From positions 64,001 to 128,000 of IMG/VR virus record IMGVR_UViG_3300031963_000020: a stretch of 64,000 bases of DNA. One strand, 5' to 3'. Shown in pieces: positions 62,199-64,000 of the stretch. The stretch's first letter is position 1. Every line of letters begins with the position of its first letter. A model generated the notes under the pieces. The model was not told where the DNA came from, did no database searches, and worked only from the letters and a program-made list of their open reading frames with translations. The position numbers were made by a program, and so were the translations under genes. This DNA comes from a virus.

Positions 62199-63261
62199 TT
62201 TACAGAAAGTTTTTGAATCAATGAAGTTTGATGTCAGTAAGGAGGACACGAAGTATAATAGTCGTGTCCTCTTTATTGACGCACTCAATACGTTCTTACG
62301 TAGTTATGCAGCAATTCCAACACTTGATGATAATGGTAATCATATTGGTGGTATGTCTGGATTTCTGAAAAGTGTTGGGTCTGTTGTTCGTGATTTCAAA
62401 CCTTCTCGTGTTGTGATTGTATTTGACGGAAAGGGTGGGTCACAGCGTAGACGTAAAATCTATTCAGACTATAAATCAAATCGTAAGCCGCCGACTCGGT
62501 TAAATCGTCAGTACGATATGACAACCGAAGAGCAAGAAACAGAAAATATGAAGTATCAGTTGGTGACACTTATTGAGATGTTAGAGTGTCTCCCTGTTAC
62601 GATTTTCACAATGGATAATATTGAAGCAGACGATGTGATTGCATATGCATCGGAACTGATCACCGCACAAGGTGGAGAATCTATCATCTATTCTACAGAT
62701 AAAGATTTCTTGCAAATGGTGACGGAAACTACAAAGGTCTACAATCCCGTCAAGAAGAAAACATTTGATGTGCAGACGATTATAGAAACCTATGGGGTGC
62801 ATCCTGATAACTTTGTATATTATCGGGCACTACTTGGTGATAAGAGTGATAATATTGATGGTATCCGTGGGGCTGGTGAAAAGACGGTATTAAAGTTATT
62901 TCCAGAACTTGTAGATAATACAAATACAGTTGACTATAATTTCATCGAACAAAAGTATACAGATGTAAAGAAGAAACCGAAATTAATTGAGAATATTTTA
63001 AGTAATAAAGATATAGTAGAAAGAAATATGCAACTCATGCAGTTACGAGATGTTAATATTTCAACAGATGCAAAAATGAAAATAGTTCATAAATTAGACA
63101 TTGTTAAGACGGATTTACGCAAGATGGACTTGACAAAGTTGATGATTCGTAGTAAAGTTATATCTAACTTTCCGACTTACGATATGTGGCTTGCGTCCAC
63201 ATTTGTTCCACTAACGAGGTTCTCTAATGGTTCCGATAGTATCAGCACCACAAAATTATGA
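62191..63261 (+). CDS. 5'-3' exonuclease / RNase H (T4 rnh-like, FEN family)
   Basis: FIDALN, VFDG, YKSNR, EADDVIA, STDKDFLQ, LLGDKSDNIDGIRGAGEKT. Confidence 0.92.
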   Translation: MSDLQKVFESMKFDVSKEDTKYNSRVLFIDALNTFLRSYAAIPTLDDNGNHIGGMSGFLKSVGSVVRDFKPSRVVIVFDGKGGSQRRRKIYSDYKSNRKPPTRLNRQYDMTTEEQETENMKYQLVTLIEMLECLPVTIFTMDNIEADDVIAYASELITAQGGESIIYSTDKDFLQMVTETTKVYNPVKKKTFDVQTIIETYGVHPDNFVYYRALLGDKSDNIDGIRGAGEKTVLKLFPELVDNTNTVDYNFIEQKYTDVKKKPKLIENILSNKDIVERNMQLMQLRDVNISTDAKMKIVHKLDIVKTDLRKMDLTKLMIRSKVISNFPTYDMWLASTFVPLTRFSNGSDSISTTKL

Positions 63262-64000
63262 TACGAATGTAGATAATCTATCGAAGTATGGTATTGAGTT
63301 TCAAACAAAAGTATTATCGTCGATAATCTCTGCACCAGATTTTTTGGAGCAGTCGTTTGATGTTATCAATCCATACTTCTTTGATAGTGATTCTGGTAGA
63401 TGGATTGCGAAGAAAGCTCTATCCTTTTATAACGAATATCGCACACTACCAACACTTGAATATTTCAAGATTGAATTATCACAAGAAACCGACGATTCAC
63501 TTCGTGCGGGAACTATTGAATTGCTTCGTAAGGTGGTCACGAAGGTCACCGATACGGATGCAGAATATGTTCGTGATAAGTTTCTTGACTTTGCTCGTAA
63601 TCAGTCATTAAAGTCGGCAATCATTAAATCGGTTGATTTACTACAGAGTGGTGATTACGATAAGATTAAGACGGTTGTTGACCACGCACTTCGTAGTGGA
63701 CAACCAAAGGAAATCGGTCTAAACTGGTCGGAAGATGTCGAGGCACGATTGGCTCGTATTTCTCGTGATACGGTTCCGACTGGTTGGGATGTAATTGATG
63801 CAATTACTGGTGGTGGATTGGGTGGTGGTGAACTTGGTGTCATCGCAGCTCCGTCTGGTATCGGTAAGAGTTGGGCATTGTCTACGATTGGTGCAAACGC
63901 ACTACGTAAGGGAAAGCGAGTGGTACATTACACTCTTGAACTTAACGAAAACTATGTTGGTATTCGGTATGATACTATCTTTACTGGTATTGAACCTGGA
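63227..64000 (+). CDS. DnaB/gp41-like replicative helicase (runs off window)
   Basis: Manual translation: ...VPTGWDVIDAITGGGLGGGELGVIAAPSGIGKS...HYTLEL; SD GAGG. Confidence 0.88.
   Translation, partial: MVPIVSAPQNYDTNVDNLSKYGIEFQTKVLSSIISAPDFLEQSFDVINPYFFDSDSGRWIAKKALSFYNEYRTLPTLEYFKIELSQETDDSLRAGTIELLRKVVTKVTDTDAEYVRDKFLDFARNQSLKSAIIKSVDLLQSGDYDKIKTVVDHALRSGQPKEIGLNWSEDVEARLARISRDTVPTGWDVIDAITGGGLGGGELGVIAAPSGIGKSWALSTIGANALRKGKRVVHYTLELNENYVGIRYDTIFTGIEPG

Noticed and set aside
1-64000. Alternative genetic code, inteins or introns, tRNA genes
   Set aside because: Core genes are full length in the standard code, with TAA, TAG and TGA all used as stops. Terminase, RecA and capsid have no large insertions. 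No tRNA-like sequence was recognised in the short intergenic gaps (not scanned computationally).

Overview
A 64-kb, almost entirely + strand segment of a large T4-like (myovirus, probably jumbo) phage genome. In order it holds: terminase, a cluster of small probable internal head proteins, portal, prohead protease, phage-encoded ribosomal protein bS21, scaffold, major capsid, neck, sheath and tube. Then come three very large fibre genes, an accessory appendage cluster (34.6-46 kb), an SNF2 helicase, tail chaperone, tape measure and baseplate genes, and the start of the replication module (family A-like polymerase, SSB, RecA/UvsX, 5'-3' exonuclease, DnaB-like helicase). The standout is 36.2-45.8 kb. 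Two pairs of adjacent genes encode long arrays of (His/Phe)-x-(Asn/Asp) motifs. Within each pair the motif spacing is mirrored: 43/43 intervals in one pair and 34/37 in the other, by manual count. Every Phe motif falls opposite a His motif. This suggests sequence-encoded antiparallel protein zippers, one attached to a probable collagen stalk. Directly downstream is a sigma70-type operon with a radical SAM/SPASM enzyme, an HADHxD-repeat protein and a Cys-motif/methyltransferase fusion. My inference is a RiPP-like (triceptide/cyclophane-type) modification system acting on virion fibres. All family assignments come from motif recognition; no database search was run.
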